A DNA stretch of 32,000 bases from an uncultured bacterium (GCA_964640155.1 CAZXEQ010000005.1:90001-122000), one strand, 5' to 3'; positions 16,414 through 25,323 are shown, counted from the first letter of the stretch. Notes: generated by a model from the letters alone, not told the origin. Numbers and translations are program-made.

Positions 16414-16860
16414 CTAAACACCAATATCTTCATTCCAGAGACTTGGATGTTTAATAATGAAATCATGCATGAGACGTTTACACTCTTCAGACTCAAGATT
16501 AATCAATTTCACGCCCTGTCTTTGAGAATATTCTTCGGGGCCTTTAAAAGTTTTATTCTCTCCAATCACGACCACTGGAATTTTATAGAGAAGAATTGCA
16601 CCCGTACACATATCACACGGGGAAAGGGTAGAATAAATCACACATTTTTGATAATCGGAGGTTTTGAGCCGCCCCGCATTTTCCAAACAATCCATTTCTG
16701 CGTGCAGAACAGATGATTTCTTCTGAACCCGTTGATTATGTCCCCTTCCAATGATCTTATTCTCCTTAACCAGCACAGAACCAATCGGAATACCACCTTC
16801 GGAAAGCCCCTTACGCGCTTCTTCAATTGCAACTTTCATAAACTTTTCATGTTCGTTCAT
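16414..16860 (-). CDS. Cytosine deaminase of the CDA-fold, yeast FCY1 type
   Basis: Collinear with S. cerevisiae Fcy1 over the full length: GGIPIGSVLV...GRGHN, zinc ligands HAEMDCLEN and TLSPCDMCTGAILLYKIP, VVIGEN, and the C-terminal WNEDIGV (yeast WFEDIGE). Confidence 0.85.
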   Translation of the reverse strand: MNEHEKFMKVAIEEARKGLSEGGIPIGSVLVKENKIIGRGHNQRVQKKSSVLHAEMDCLENAGRLKTSDYQKCVIYSTLSPCDMCTGAILLYKIPVVVIGENKTFKGPEEYSQRQGVKLINLESEECKRLMHDFIIKHPSLWNEDIGV

Positions 16861-16951
16861 AAAAAATGCTCTCCCCTTATTTATTTAAAAATAATTTATG
16901 GTTCCTCTATGATAGCACTCCTATTCAAAAGATAGGAATTGAAGAAGAAAC

Positions 16952-16973
16952 CCTAAAACCTATTTAGGTTTTA
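16952..16973. promoter_or_regulatory. Perfect 10-bp inverted repeat with a 2-bp spacer (candidate operator)
   Basis: CTAAAACCTA-TT-TAGGTTTTAG in the divergent spacer between the deaminase and the ABC exporter. The 2-nt spacer excludes an RNA hairpin, so a dimeric DNA-binding site is more likely. Confidence 0.35.
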
Positions 16974-17024
16974 GAATAAACCGAGTTCTTGACAAGATCC
17001 CCATTTTCGAGTTTCCTAACTCTC

Positions 17025-18821
17025 ATGAATTTAGTTCAAACGCTTAAAAATTTTTATCGTTTTGCCAAGCCCTATCGCAAGCAATTCATATTGGGGATTC
17101 TTGCTTTATTGGTGGTTGATACCTTGAACGTATTTCCTCCTCTTATTCTTAAAAGTTTTATTGATCAGGTGATCAAAAATTTTTCAGGCAATAAAGATTT
17201 TCTTCCCTTTCTATGGCTAGGCATTATCTTCATCTCTATTGCCCTAGGACAAGGCATTTGCCGATATCTTTGGCGCATGTTTCTGATTCGAGGATCTTTC
17301 AATGCAGCTGAAAAATTAAGAGAAGAATATTTTACAAAACTTCAAAAACTCCCTCCCTCCTTCTATGACCGAAACCCTATCGGCGATTTAATGTCTTTAG
17401 CCACCAATGATGTCGAAGCGATTCGTTTTGCATTAGGTCCGGGACTTTTGGTTTTTGTGGATGCTGTTTTTTTCCTTATCAGTATTCCTCCCGCCATGTT
17501 TTTCCTCTCTCCTAAATTGGCCTGTATTGCTTTAGCACCTATGATTGTTGTACCACTTATTATCACACAAGCGGAAAAATTGATTCATCATCGATTCGAA
17601 AAAGTACAAGCTCAATTTTCAAAACTTTCAGCTTTTGCTCAGGAGAATATTGAAGGGATTAAAATCATTAAGTCTTTTGCAAGAGAATGGACACAACTTA
17701 AACGATTCTCTCGCGAAGGAGAAACTTTTATTGAACTCAATCTCAAATTAGCCAAAGCTCAATCTATTTTTGAACCTCTTTTCACTTTGGCTGTTTCCTT
17801 AGGGTTGGTCTCTTTACTCATTTTTGCTGGCAAAGATGTCATCGAGGGATATGTGAGTCTAGGCACATTTGTAGCCTTCACGCGTTATTTAGATCAATTG
17901 GTTTGGCCTATGATGGCCTTTGGATTGGCTGTGACTTACTATCAGCGAGGGAAAACATCTCTGGAACGAATCCTGCATGTCTTCGGTGAAAAGGAAGAAG
18001 AAATCTCGTCTTTTCCTCAGATTGCCACGCCCCGATATAACATCGGGGCTCGCAATGACAAGCAAAATCCTTTAATTGAAGCTAAGAACTTAACTTTTAA
18101 ATATCCTGGTGAACAAAAAAATGCCCTTCAAAATGTCTCTTTTCAAATCAATAAAAGCAGCCGCGTTGCCCTGGTTGGCCCTATTGGCTCAGGGAAAAGT
18201 ACGCTCATACGCCTTCTCTTAGGTCTTTACGAAGTCCCTTCCCACATGCTCTTTTGGAATGGGATTGATTTATCCACCCTATCCCTCAATGAACGTCGAG
18301 AAAAAATAGCTGTCGTTCCTCAAGAAGTTTTTTTATTCAGAGAATCGCTTGAATGGAATATTCTGATGGGATCTAAAAATCAAAACCTTCAACTGAACGA
18401 TGCTGAGTTTAAAACCCTTCTTAAAAGAGCTGGCCTTGAAAAAGAAAGTGCCGAGTGGCAAAAAGATTTTACCATTGGAGAAAGAGGCCTTACTTTATCA
18501 GGGGGCCAACGTGCACGTGTCACTTTGGCCCGTGCCCTAATCCGTCAAACTCCTCTTTTGATCTTGGATGATGCCCTTTCAAGCGTAGACGTTCAAACTG
18601 AGACAGAAATTTTAAATGGGCTTTCTTCTTTGTCTGGCGAACAAACTTTGATCATGATTACACACCGTTTTACAAGGCTTTCAGCATTTGACCAAGTACT
18701 TGTTTTAAAAGAAGGAACTTTGGTTCAAGCGGGTTCTCCTCAAGAACTCTCTGAACAAGAAGGACTTTTCAAAGAACTATTAGAGCTACAAAGGTTAGAA
18801 GATGAATTGGCAAGAGGATGA
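17025..18821 (+). CDS. ABC exporter half-transporter (TMD-NBD), subunit with a degenerate Walker B
   Basis: Six-TM exporter domain. Walker A GPIGSGKST, signature LSGGQRARV, H-loop ITHR. Walker B reads LLILDDALSSVD, with Asp (codon 18570-18572) where the catalytic Glu is expected. I trimmed the start from TTG 16989 to ATG 17025. Confidence 0.9.
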   Translation: MNLVQTLKNFYRFAKPYRKQFILGILALLVVDTLNVFPPLILKSFIDQVIKNFSGNKDFLPFLWLGIIFISIALGQGICRYLWRMFLIRGSFNAAEKLREEYFTKLQKLPPSFYDRNPIGDLMSLATNDVEAIRFALGPGLLVFVDAVFFLISIPPAMFFLSPKLACIALAPMIVVPLIITQAEKLIHHRFEKVQAQFSKLSAFAQENIEGIKIIKSFAREWTQLKRFSREGETFIELNLKLAKAQSIFEPLFTLAVSLGLVSLLIFAGKDVIEGYVSLGTFVAFTRYLDQLVWPMMAFGLAVTYYQRGKTSLERILHVFGEKEEEISSFPQIATPRYNIGARNDKQNPLIEAKNLTFKYPGEQKNALQNVSFQINKSSRVALVGPIGSGKSTLIRLLLGLYEVPSHMLFWNGIDLSTLSLNERREKIAVVPQEVFLFRESLEWNILMGSKNQNLQLNDAEFKTLLKRAGLEKESAEWQKDFTIGERGLTLSGGQRARVTLARALIRQTPLLILDDALSSVDVQTETEILNGLSSLSGEQTLIMITHRFTRLSAFDQVLVLKEGTLVQAGSPQELSEQEGLFKELLELQRLEDELARG

Positions 18822-20610
18822 TTTTTCAAAAGAAGCAAATCTAAATTTCAAAATGCTTTCTCTTTTTCGAAAGCGTTTGTGGCCCTACGTGTCCTCTTTT
18901 CGCCTGCTCTTTTTTATCAGCTTAATGTTGGTTCTCTTCGCAACACTGGCTTCTCTTCTGGTGCCGTGGCTTCTAGGGTACATTGTTGATCATGTGCTTG
19001 TTCCCAAAAACACGCATCTTTTAATTCCATTAACATTCGTCATTCTAGGAACTGATTTTGTAGGAGCCCTCACCACTTATATTCAAAGCTATACATTCAC
19101 TTTACTCGGCCAAAAAGTTCTTCACAATTTAAGGCAAGATCTTCTCAAAAAATATGAATTTTATCCCTTAAGTGAGTATCATCAAACTCCCACTGGGCGT
19201 TTGGTTACGCGTTTGATCAACGATACATCCAGCCTCCAAGATCTCTTCACAAGTGGCATCGCCATTGCTTTAGGCAATGCCAGTGTAGTGTTAGGGATTA
19301 TTCTTTGGCTTATTTTTCTTCATCCTAAACTAGGGCTTGTTTGTGTCAGTGTATTTCCTTTTATGATTCTTTCTTCAAAACTTTTTGGAGGAATTATACG
19401 TAAAACAGCCCATGCATCCAAAGCGGCACTTTCACGCTTGAATACATTTTTAGCAGAAAATATTTCTGGAATGGCCATCATTCAAATATTCAATAGACAG
19501 GGAATATTCAAAAAACGTTTTGATGAAACATCCCATCAATACACACAAACCCAAATTAAATCTATTGAGTCTTTTGCTTTTTTCCAACCGAGTATCACCA
19601 TCTTAAGCAGCTTTTCAATGTCTCTTTTGATTTGGTATGGAGGATTCAAATCATTGGATGGCTCTATCAGTTTGGGACTTTTAGTTTCTTTCATGGCTTA
19701 TCTTCATGCTCTGTACGCCCCGATTCGAGACATGACAGAAAAATACAATCTTTTCTTATCCGCCATGACCTCTTGCGAAAGAATCTTTGAATTTATGGAC
19801 AGACCTCAGGAAGAAGAAAGTTCAAGTCCCTCTTCCCTACCGTCCCTTATAGAAGGACAAATTGAATTTGAAAATGTTTGGTTTTCTTATCAATCTCATC
19901 AAACAGATAAATCGCAAACAGCTTGGGTCCTAAAAAATATTAATTTCAAAATTGAAGTCGGAGAAAAAATTGGAATTGTAGGCTACACAGGAGCAGGAAA
20001 AACAACTCTATCTCTTCTATTGATGCGTTTTTATGATGTGCAGCAAGGGAAAATTCTTTTAGATGGTAAAGATATCTCCCATGGCAAGCGTAGAACCCTT
20101 CGTCAAAAGATCGGATATATTCAACAAGAGCCCTTTCTTTTCTCTGGAACCATTGAAGATAATATTTTTTTATGGGAAGAAAAAGGCAAAGAAGTTTTCA
20201 CGTCTTTACCTGATTTCGCACGTGAACCCTTTGAACAAGGCTCTTTAAAGTTTTCCAAAGAAGTCTTAGAAAAAGGAGCCAATTTATCCACAGGCGAAAG
20301 ACAAATGGTCTCTTTTATGAGAACGGTGGTTCAAAATCCTTCTATCTTCCTACTCGATGAAGCCACTGCCCATTTAGATCCTTTGAGCGAACAATGGATT
20401 GAAAGACTTTCAGAAATTGTTTTCGAAAATAAAACTGTTTTAATCATTGCTCATCGTTTGGCAACACTTAAATCTGTCAACCGCATCCTCGTTTTACATC
20501 ACGGTGAATTGGTTGCTCTAGGAACCCATACTGAGCTAATTTCTAAAGAAGGGATTTATCGGAAATTGTATCAGTTACAATTAGAGAAAGAAAAAATTGG
20601 AGAAAACTAA
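18802..20610 (+). CDS. ABC exporter half-transporter (TMD-NBD), subunit with a degenerate signature motif
   Basis: Overlaps the upstream gene by 20 nt. Walker A GYTGAGKTT, canonical Walker B IFLLDEATAHLD, H-loop IAHR. The signature is LSTGERQ rather than LSGGQ. Confidence 0.9.
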   Translation: MNWQEDDFSKEANLNFKMLSLFRKRLWPYVSSFRLLFFISLMLVLFATLASLLVPWLLGYIVDHVLVPKNTHLLIPLTFVILGTDFVGALTTYIQSYTFTLLGQKVLHNLRQDLLKKYEFYPLSEYHQTPTGRLVTRLINDTSSLQDLFTSGIAIALGNASVVLGIILWLIFLHPKLGLVCVSVFPFMILSSKLFGGIIRKTAHASKAALSRLNTFLAENISGMAIIQIFNRQGIFKKRFDETSHQYTQTQIKSIESFAFFQPSITILSSFSMSLLIWYGGFKSLDGSISLGLLVSFMAYLHALYAPIRDMTEKYNLFLSAMTSCERIFEFMDRPQEEESSSPSSLPSLIEGQIEFENVWFSYQSHQTDKSQTAWVLKNINFKIEVGEKIGIVGYTGAGKTTLSLLLMRFYDVQQGKILLDGKDISHGKRRTLRQKIGYIQQEPFLFSGTIEDNIFLWEEKGKEVFTSLPDFAREPFEQGSLKFSKEVLEKGANLSTGERQMVSFMRTVVQNPSIFLLDEATAHLDPLSEQWIERLSEIVFENKTVLIIAHRLATLKSVNRILVLHHGELVALGTHTELISKEGIYRKLYQLQLEKEKIGEN

Positions 20611-20612
20611 TC

Positions 20613-20687
20613 GTCATGCGTGATGTGGCTTGCGTCATACGAAAATTTTATTTTTATACTCACCTCGCACTACGCAAAACGCATGAC
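20613..20687. repeat. Inverted 9-mer GTCATGCGT / ACGCATGAC with a nested TTGCGT/ACGCAA pair
   Basis: GTCATGCGT at 20613-20621 and its exact reverse complement at 20679-20687. TTGCGT at 20630-20635 pairs with ACGCAA at 20672-20677. A third related direct copy, GCGTCATAC, lies at 20632-20640. Confidence 0.35.
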
Positions 20688-20761
20688 AACTTTAAATTGC
20701 ATCTTTACCATAAAGAGGATATAAGTATTTTTCATTCTCATAGACTTATAAAGGTAAAGCA

Positions 20762-21016
20762 ATGACACAACAAGACATTCAAATTAAAATTGAGACATCT
20801 TTTCCTGAAACAATGGCTCGAGTGATTGATTTAACAGGCACTCAGGATCATTATCAGGCCACCATCATTTCACCTGCTTTTAAAGGGAAATTAATGATAG
20901 AACAACATCGTATGATTTATGGCATTTTTCAAAAAGAGATTGATTCAGGGGAACTTCATGCGCTCACATTAAAAACATACACTCCCGAACAATATCAAAA
21001 ACATTCAGAAAATTAG
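20762..21016 (+). CDS. BolA-family protein
   Basis: 84 aa. HYQATIISPAFKGKLMIEQHRMIYGIF...GELHALTLKTYTPEQY fits the BolA/IbaG fold pattern. Immediately precedes a monothiol glutaredoxin, its usual partner. Confidence 0.8.
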   Translation: MTQQDIQIKIETSFPETMARVIDLTGTQDHYQATIISPAFKGKLMIEQHRMIYGIFQKEIDSGELHALTLKTYTPEQYQKHSEN

Positions 21017-21027
21017 GAGAAATCGTC

Positions 21028-21348
21028 ATGTCCAATCCATTACAAGCCAAAATAGAAGAAAAAGTAAAACAAAACCCTGTCATTATCTTTATGAAAGGCA
21101 CACCCGAAGCTCCACACTGTGGTTTTTCAGCTAAAGCCTGTGAAGTCTTAAGAGCTGCAGGCGTAAAGAAACTGGCAAGTGTTGATGTTCTTTCTGATGA
21201 TGATCTTTGGGGCGCTCTAGAAGAATACACCCAATGGCCTACCGTCCCTCAAATTTTTATCAATGGTCAATTCATCGGCGGCTGTGACATTGTCACAGAA
21301 ATGTATGAACGCGGAGAATTACAAGAACTTTTGAAAGAAAAAGCGTAG
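21028..21348 (+). CDS. grxD: Grx4-family monothiol glutaredoxin
   Basis: VIIFMKGTPEAPHCGFSAKACEVL carries the CGFS active site. WPTVPQIFINGQFIGGCDI is also present. AGGAGA Shine-Dalgarno upstream. Confidence 0.93.
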   Translation: MSNPLQAKIEEKVKQNPVIIFMKGTPEAPHCGFSAKACEVLRAAGVKKLASVDVLSDDDLWGALEEYTQWPTVPQIFINGQFIGGCDIVTEMYERGELQELLKEKA

Positions 21349-21373
21349 ATTTCTCTCGCTAACGAATTCGAAT

Positions 21374-21548
21374 AGGGTCCTGCCCAACGACCATCATTCA
21401 CGATTTTCTCTCGTTCGCATTCCAGCGCCCATAAAAAAATCGACTTTTATTTTGTTTGCTTAGTTAAGGAATAAATCTGAGTGGGATGTCTTTTCTCTCG
21501 TTGCTTTCACTCGAGCGCAATCGCTTATGATTGAGGTCGTTGGTCACC
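21374..21548 (+). repeat. Structured intergenic repeat, copy A (the strand sign only marks orientation relative to copy B)
   Basis: Aligns end to end with the reverse complement of 31293-31470. Termini are self-complementary: GGGT...ACCC, CCAACGACC/GGTCGTTGG, ATCAT/ATGAT. Confidence 0.7.
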
Positions 21549-21572
21549 CTCATTAATAAAGTATTTTTCCCC

Positions 21573-21601
21573 ATCACACACGTCTCAAACCATGCTAAAA
21601 T
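21573..21601 (+). promoter_or_regulatory. Candidate metH promoter with extended -10
   Basis: ATCACA, then 17 nt ending in TG-C, then TAAAAT (21596-21601). The metH ATG is only 10 nt downstream and has no Shine-Dalgarno. Confidence 0.3.
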
Positions 21602-21611
21602 CTTTTTCCTT

Positions 21612-24600
21612 ATGAAAAAGAACTTATTATCTCTTACACATCCCATTTATTCTCTTCTTAGAGAACGCATTCTCGTTCTGGATGGAGCCATGGGAACCAT
21701 GATTCAGAATTACAAACTTTCTGAAGATGCGTTCAGAGGAAAAGAGTTTGTCGATCACTCTCATGACCTCAAAGGGAACAATGATTTATTGAGCCTCACT
21801 CAGCCCCATATTATCCAGGAAATCCATTCTAAATATTTAGAAGCGGGTGCCGATATCATAGAGACCAATACTTTCAATTCTAACTCCCTTTCTATGGCTG
21901 ATTATCACCTACAACATAAAGTCCATGACCTTAATCTTGCTGCAGCTAAACTAGCAAAAGAAATCACACAAAAATACACCCTCAAAAATCCAGAGAAACC
22001 CCGATTTGTAGCAGGCGCTTTAGGCCCCACAAATCGATCTGCTTCTATTTCACCCAATGTGAATGATCCAGGCTTTCGAGCGGTCACATTTGATGATTTG
22101 GTTAAAGTCTATACAGAACAAATTCACGGGCTTGTATTGGGAGGCGTAGATCTTCTACTCGTCGAAACAGCCTTTGATACCCTAAATTGCAAAGCCGCTC
22201 TTTTTGCAATCAACGAATACTTTCAGAAGCATCAAATTTCTCTTCCTATTATTGTTTCAGTCACGATTGTTGATATGAGCGGAAGAAATTTATCCGGACA
22301 AAATATTGAAGCCTTTTGGAATTCTGTTTCACATGCTCCCCTCTTGGCTGTTGGAATCAATTGTGCCTTAGGCGCAAAAGAAATGAGACCTTCGCTTGAA
22401 GATCTTTCAAAAGCAGCAAATTGCTTCGTGATTTCTTATCCCAATGCGGGTCTACCCAATCAATTTGGAGGTTATGATCAAACACCTGAACAAATGGCCG
22501 AGTGGATTAAAGATTTTGCGCAAAGTGGTTTTGTCAATATTGTAGGGGGATGTTGTGGAACAACTCCGGAGCATATTCAAAAAATTGCTCAAGTGGTAAA
22601 AGGGCTTCCTCCTCGTAAAATCCCCACCCTTCAACCCATGCTTCGCTTGAGTGGCTTAGAACCTCTTAACATTCGCCCTGGTCTTAATTTTGTCAATATC
22701 GGTGAACGAACGAATATCACAGGATCTCCTCTATTTTCAAAAACAATTATTGCCAATGATTTTGAGAAAGCACTCACCATTGCAAAACAACAAGTGGAAA
22801 ATGGCGCCCAGATCATAGACATCAACATGGATGAAGGTATGTTGGATTCTCAAGCCATCATGGTCAAATTTTTAAATCTCGTCGCAGCCGAACCGGACAT
22901 TGCAAAAGTTCCTATCATGATTGACTCTTCAAAGTGGTCTGTCATCGAAGCAGGGTTAAAATGTGTTCAGGGAAAATCCATTGTTAATTCCATCAGTCTT
23001 AAAGAAGGAGAAGAACATTTCTTAACTCTAGCGAAAAAAGTACGCGCGTTTGGGGCTGCTGTTGTCGTTATGGCCTTTGATGAACAAGGGCAAGCTGCAA
23101 CCCATGAAAGAAAATTGGAAATTTGCACACGCTCTTACAAATTGCTGACGGAAAAAGTTGGATTTCCTCCTGAAGATATTATCTTTGATCCCAATATTCT
23201 TACCATTGGAACAGGCATCGAAGAACATAACACTTATGCCCTTGATTTTATTAAAGCAACCGAAGGCATCAAAAAAACACTTCCCCATGCTTCTGTCAGC
23301 GGAGGCATTAGTAACCTCTCTTTTTCTTTCAGGGGAAACAATGCAGTTCGAGAAGCCATGCACTCCGTATTTTTATACCATGCCATTCGTGCAGGGCTGG
23401 ACATGGGAATTGTAAATGCAGGACAATTGATCGTCTACGAAGAAATTCCTAAAGAACTTTTGGAACAAGTGGAAGACCTTATCTTTAATCGTCGAAGTGA
23501 TGCCACTGAACGTTTACTCCAATTTGCTCAAACGGTCAAACAGAAGGAAAAAGGGCCTGTTCAAGAAGAAGATTGGCGTAAAAAGAGTGTGGAAGAAAGG
23601 CTTTCTCATGCCCTTGTGAATGGCGCTCAGGAATACATCGAACAAGATATTGAAGAAGCTCGGCAACTTTATGCAAGACCTCTAGAAATTATTGAAGGTC
23701 CCCTTATGAGTGGAATGAATATTGTGGGAGATCTTTTTGGTGCAGGAAAAATGTTTCTTCCTCAAGTTGTCAAAAGTGCCCGTGTCATGAAAAAGGCTGT
23801 CGCCTTTCTTCTTCCCTACATGGAAAAGGAGAAGGCTCAAACAGGTATTCAAAGTGCAGGAAAAATTCTTTTGGCCACAGTCAAAGGAGATGTACATGAC
23901 ATTGGTAAAAACATTGTGGGTGTCGTCTTAGGTTGTAATAATTATGAAGTGATTGATCTCGGCGTCATGGTCCCTTGTGTACAAATTCTTGAAAAAGCAA
24001 AAGAGCTAAAAGTGAATATCATCGGGCTAAGCGGACTCATCACACCTTCATTGGACGAAATGGTTCATGTAGCCAAAGAAATGGAGAGAGAAGGATTTAA
24101 AATTCCTCTTTTAATTGGAGGAGCCACTACTTCTAAAATTCATACGGCCGTAAAAATTGCTCCTTCCTATACAGGTGCTACAGTGCATGTTCTAGATGCC
24201 TCTCGCTCTGTCGGCGTTGTTTCCAGCCTTTTAAGCAAAGGACAAAACGAAGCTTTCTGTGCAAAAATTACAGCTGAATATGAGGATTTACGAAGTACCC
24301 ATCACAACAGAGAATCTGCAAAAGTTCTTACCCTTCAACAAGCCAGAGATCGCAAAGGACAATTTTCATTTGAAAATATTATCAAACCGACTTTTTTAGG
24401 AAATCGTATTTTTAAAAATTATTCGCTTTCTGAGATTCGTGATTATATCGATTGGACTTTTTTCTTTCATACATGGGAACTGAAAGGACGTTATCCCAAA
24501 ATCTTTGAAGATCCTAAAATAGGTGTAGAAGCAAAGAAGCTTTTTGATGAAGCTCAAATATTTTTAGATCAAATCATCCAGCATCAATGGTTTGAAGCCC

Positions 24601-25301
24601 GTGCCGTAATTGGGTTTTATCCTGCTGCCCGTGTCGAAGATGACATTGAGGTTTACACCGATGAAAGTCGAAAAAAAATATTAACAACTTTTCATATGTT
24701 GCGACAACAAATGGACAAAGAATCCAAAGAGCCCAATTTTTGTCTCAGCGACTTTATAGCGCCTAAGGCAGCGGCTCAAAAAGATTATATTGGTGCTTTT
24801 GCGGTCACCGCCGGTATTCGTATGGAAGAAATCACACAAAAATTCGAACGAGAGCATGATGACTATTCAAGTATTATGGTCAAAGCCTTAGCCGATCGTT
24901 GTGCGGAAGCTTTTGCAGAACTCATGCATAAAAAAGTCCGTAGAGAATTTTGGGGTTATGCTAAAGATGAGAAACTAGAGAATACTGATTTGATTCGCGA
25001 AGAATACCAAGGCATACGCCCTGCTTTTGGATACCCGGCCTGTCCTGATCATACTGAGAAAACAGCACTTTTTAATGTACTAGAAGCTGAAAACAATACA
25101 GGGATTCATCTTACTGAAAATTTTGCCATGTTCCCTGCAGCCTCTGTCAGTGGCCTTTATTTTGCCCACCCAGACTCTCGCTATTTCTCCGTAGGGAAAG
25201 TTGGAAAAGATCAAGTTGAAGATTATACAAAGCGTAAAAATATGGATCTGTCGACGATGGAGCGATGGCTTTCTCCAAATTTAAATTATACGCCTTCTTA
25301 A
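21612..25301 (+). CDS. metH: Cobalamin-dependent methionine synthase
   Basis: All modules are present: Hcy-binding ([14 protein letters not shown]...[11 protein letters not shown]), pterin-binding, B12-binding with the DxHxxG motif ([11 protein letters not shown]), and the C-terminal AdoMet activation domain ([12 protein letters not shown]). The start at Met28 of the track ORF matches the E. coli MetH N-terminal spacing. Confidence 0.97.
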   Translation: MKKNLLSLTHPIYSLLRERILVLDGAMGTMIQNYKLSEDAFRGKEFVDHSHDLKGNNDLLSLTQPHIIQEIHSKYLEAGADIIETNTFNSNSLSMADYHLQHKVHDLNLAAAKLAKEITQKYTLKNPEKPRFVAGALGPTNRSASISPNVNDPGFRAVTFDDLVKVYTEQIHGLVLGGVDLLLVETAFDTLNCKAALFAINEYFQKHQISLPIIVSVTIVDMSGRNLSGQNIEAFWNSVSHAPLLAVGINCALGAKEMRPSLEDLSKAANCFVISYPNAGLPNQFGGYDQTPEQMAEWIKDFAQSGFVNIVGGCCGTTPEHIQKIAQVVKGLPPRKIPTLQPMLRLSGLEPLNIRPGLNFVNIGERTNITGSPLFSKTIIANDFEKALTIAKQQVENGAQIIDINMDEGMLDSQAIMVKFLNLVAAEPDIAKVPIMIDSSKWSVIEAGLKCVQGKSIVNSISLKEGEEHFLTLAKKVRAFGAAVVVMAFDEQGQAATHERKLEICTRSYKLLTEKVGFPPEDIIFDPNILTIGTGIEEHNTYALDFIKATEGIKKTLPHASVSGGISNLSFSFRGNNAVREAMHSVFLYHAIRAGLDMGIVNAGQLIVYEEIPKELLEQVEDLIFNRRSDATERLLQFAQTVKQKEKGPVQEEDWRKKSVEERLSHALVNGAQEYIEQDIEEARQLYARPLEIIEGPLMSGMNIVGDLFGAGKMFLPQVVKSARVMKKAVAFLLPYMEKEKAQTGIQSAGKILLATVKGDVHDIGKNIVGVVLGCNNYEVIDLGVMVPCVQILEKAKELKVNIIGLSGLITPSLDEMVHVAKEMEREGFKIPLLIGGATTSKIHTAVKIAPSYTGATVHVLDASRSVGVVSSLLSKGQNEAFCAKITAEYEDLRSTHHNRESAKVLTLQQARDRKGQFSFENIIKPTFLGNRIFKNYSLSEIRDYIDWTFFFHTWELKGRYPKIFEDPKIGVEAKKLFDEAQIFLDQIIQHQWFEARAVIGFYPAARVEDDIEVYTDESRKKILTTFHMLRQQMDKESKEPNFCLSDFIAPKAAAQKDYIGAFAVTAGIRMEEITQKFEREHDDYSSIMVKALADRCAEAFAELMHKKVRREFWGYAKDEKLENTDLIREEYQGIRPAFGYPACPDHTEKTALFNVLEAENNTGIHLTENFAMFPAASVSGLYFAHPDSRYFSVGKVGKDQVEDYTKRKNMDLSTMERWLSPNLNYTPS

Positions 25302-25323
25302 AAATTTTATGTAAAATAGGGAT

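Noticed and set aside
12598-16860. Impression that the SBP-eutBC-SnoaL-deaminase region is a higher-GC horizontally acquired island
   Set aside because: Hand counts of a few 60-nt lines gave ~45-50% GC in eutBC, against ~23-30% in rny and pepF lines. A metH line was equally high (~53%), so the difference may simply reflect conserved enzyme genes. This needs a proper windowed GC and codon-usage calculation.
16989-17024. Alternative-start extensions in the track: TTG 16989 for the ABC gene, 6381-6416 for xseA, 13360-13413 for the SBP
   Set aside because: The extensions add non-homologous residues ahead of well-aligned N-termini or signal peptides. For the SBP, the extension also creates an overlap with eutBC.
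21374-21548. The repeat as a 6S RNA gene (similar length, paired ends, two copies as in Bacillus)
   Set aside because: Beyond the closing helices the two arms do not continue as an extended rod with a central bubble; they look like separate local hairpins. I recognised no conserved 6S features.
21531-21611. N-terminal extension of metH (track ORF starts at TTG 21531)
   Set aside because: The extension runs through the intergenic repeat. The Met at 21612 reproduces the E. coli MetH N-terminal spacing before RILVLDG.
21464-21646. 60-aa minus-strand ORF, and the 72-aa plus-strand ORF at 31181-31399, which run through the two repeat copies
   Set aside because: They share RVT...SSESN only because the DNA is homologous. 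Differences between the copies are mostly non-synonymous or multi-base within codons, and the reading frames end at different points.
3489-23897. Numerous 60-130-aa track ORFs inside or antisense to long genes (e.g. 3489-3683, 3747-3965, 5617-6139, 7199-7522, 10605-11150, 11985-12464, 13220-13609, 14650-14967, 15267-15701, 15746-16144, 16447-16935, 17363-17566, 20063-20248, 20964-21230, 21905-23897)
   Set aside because: All lie within or opposite confidently identified genes, lack motifs and have compositions typical of off-frame translation.
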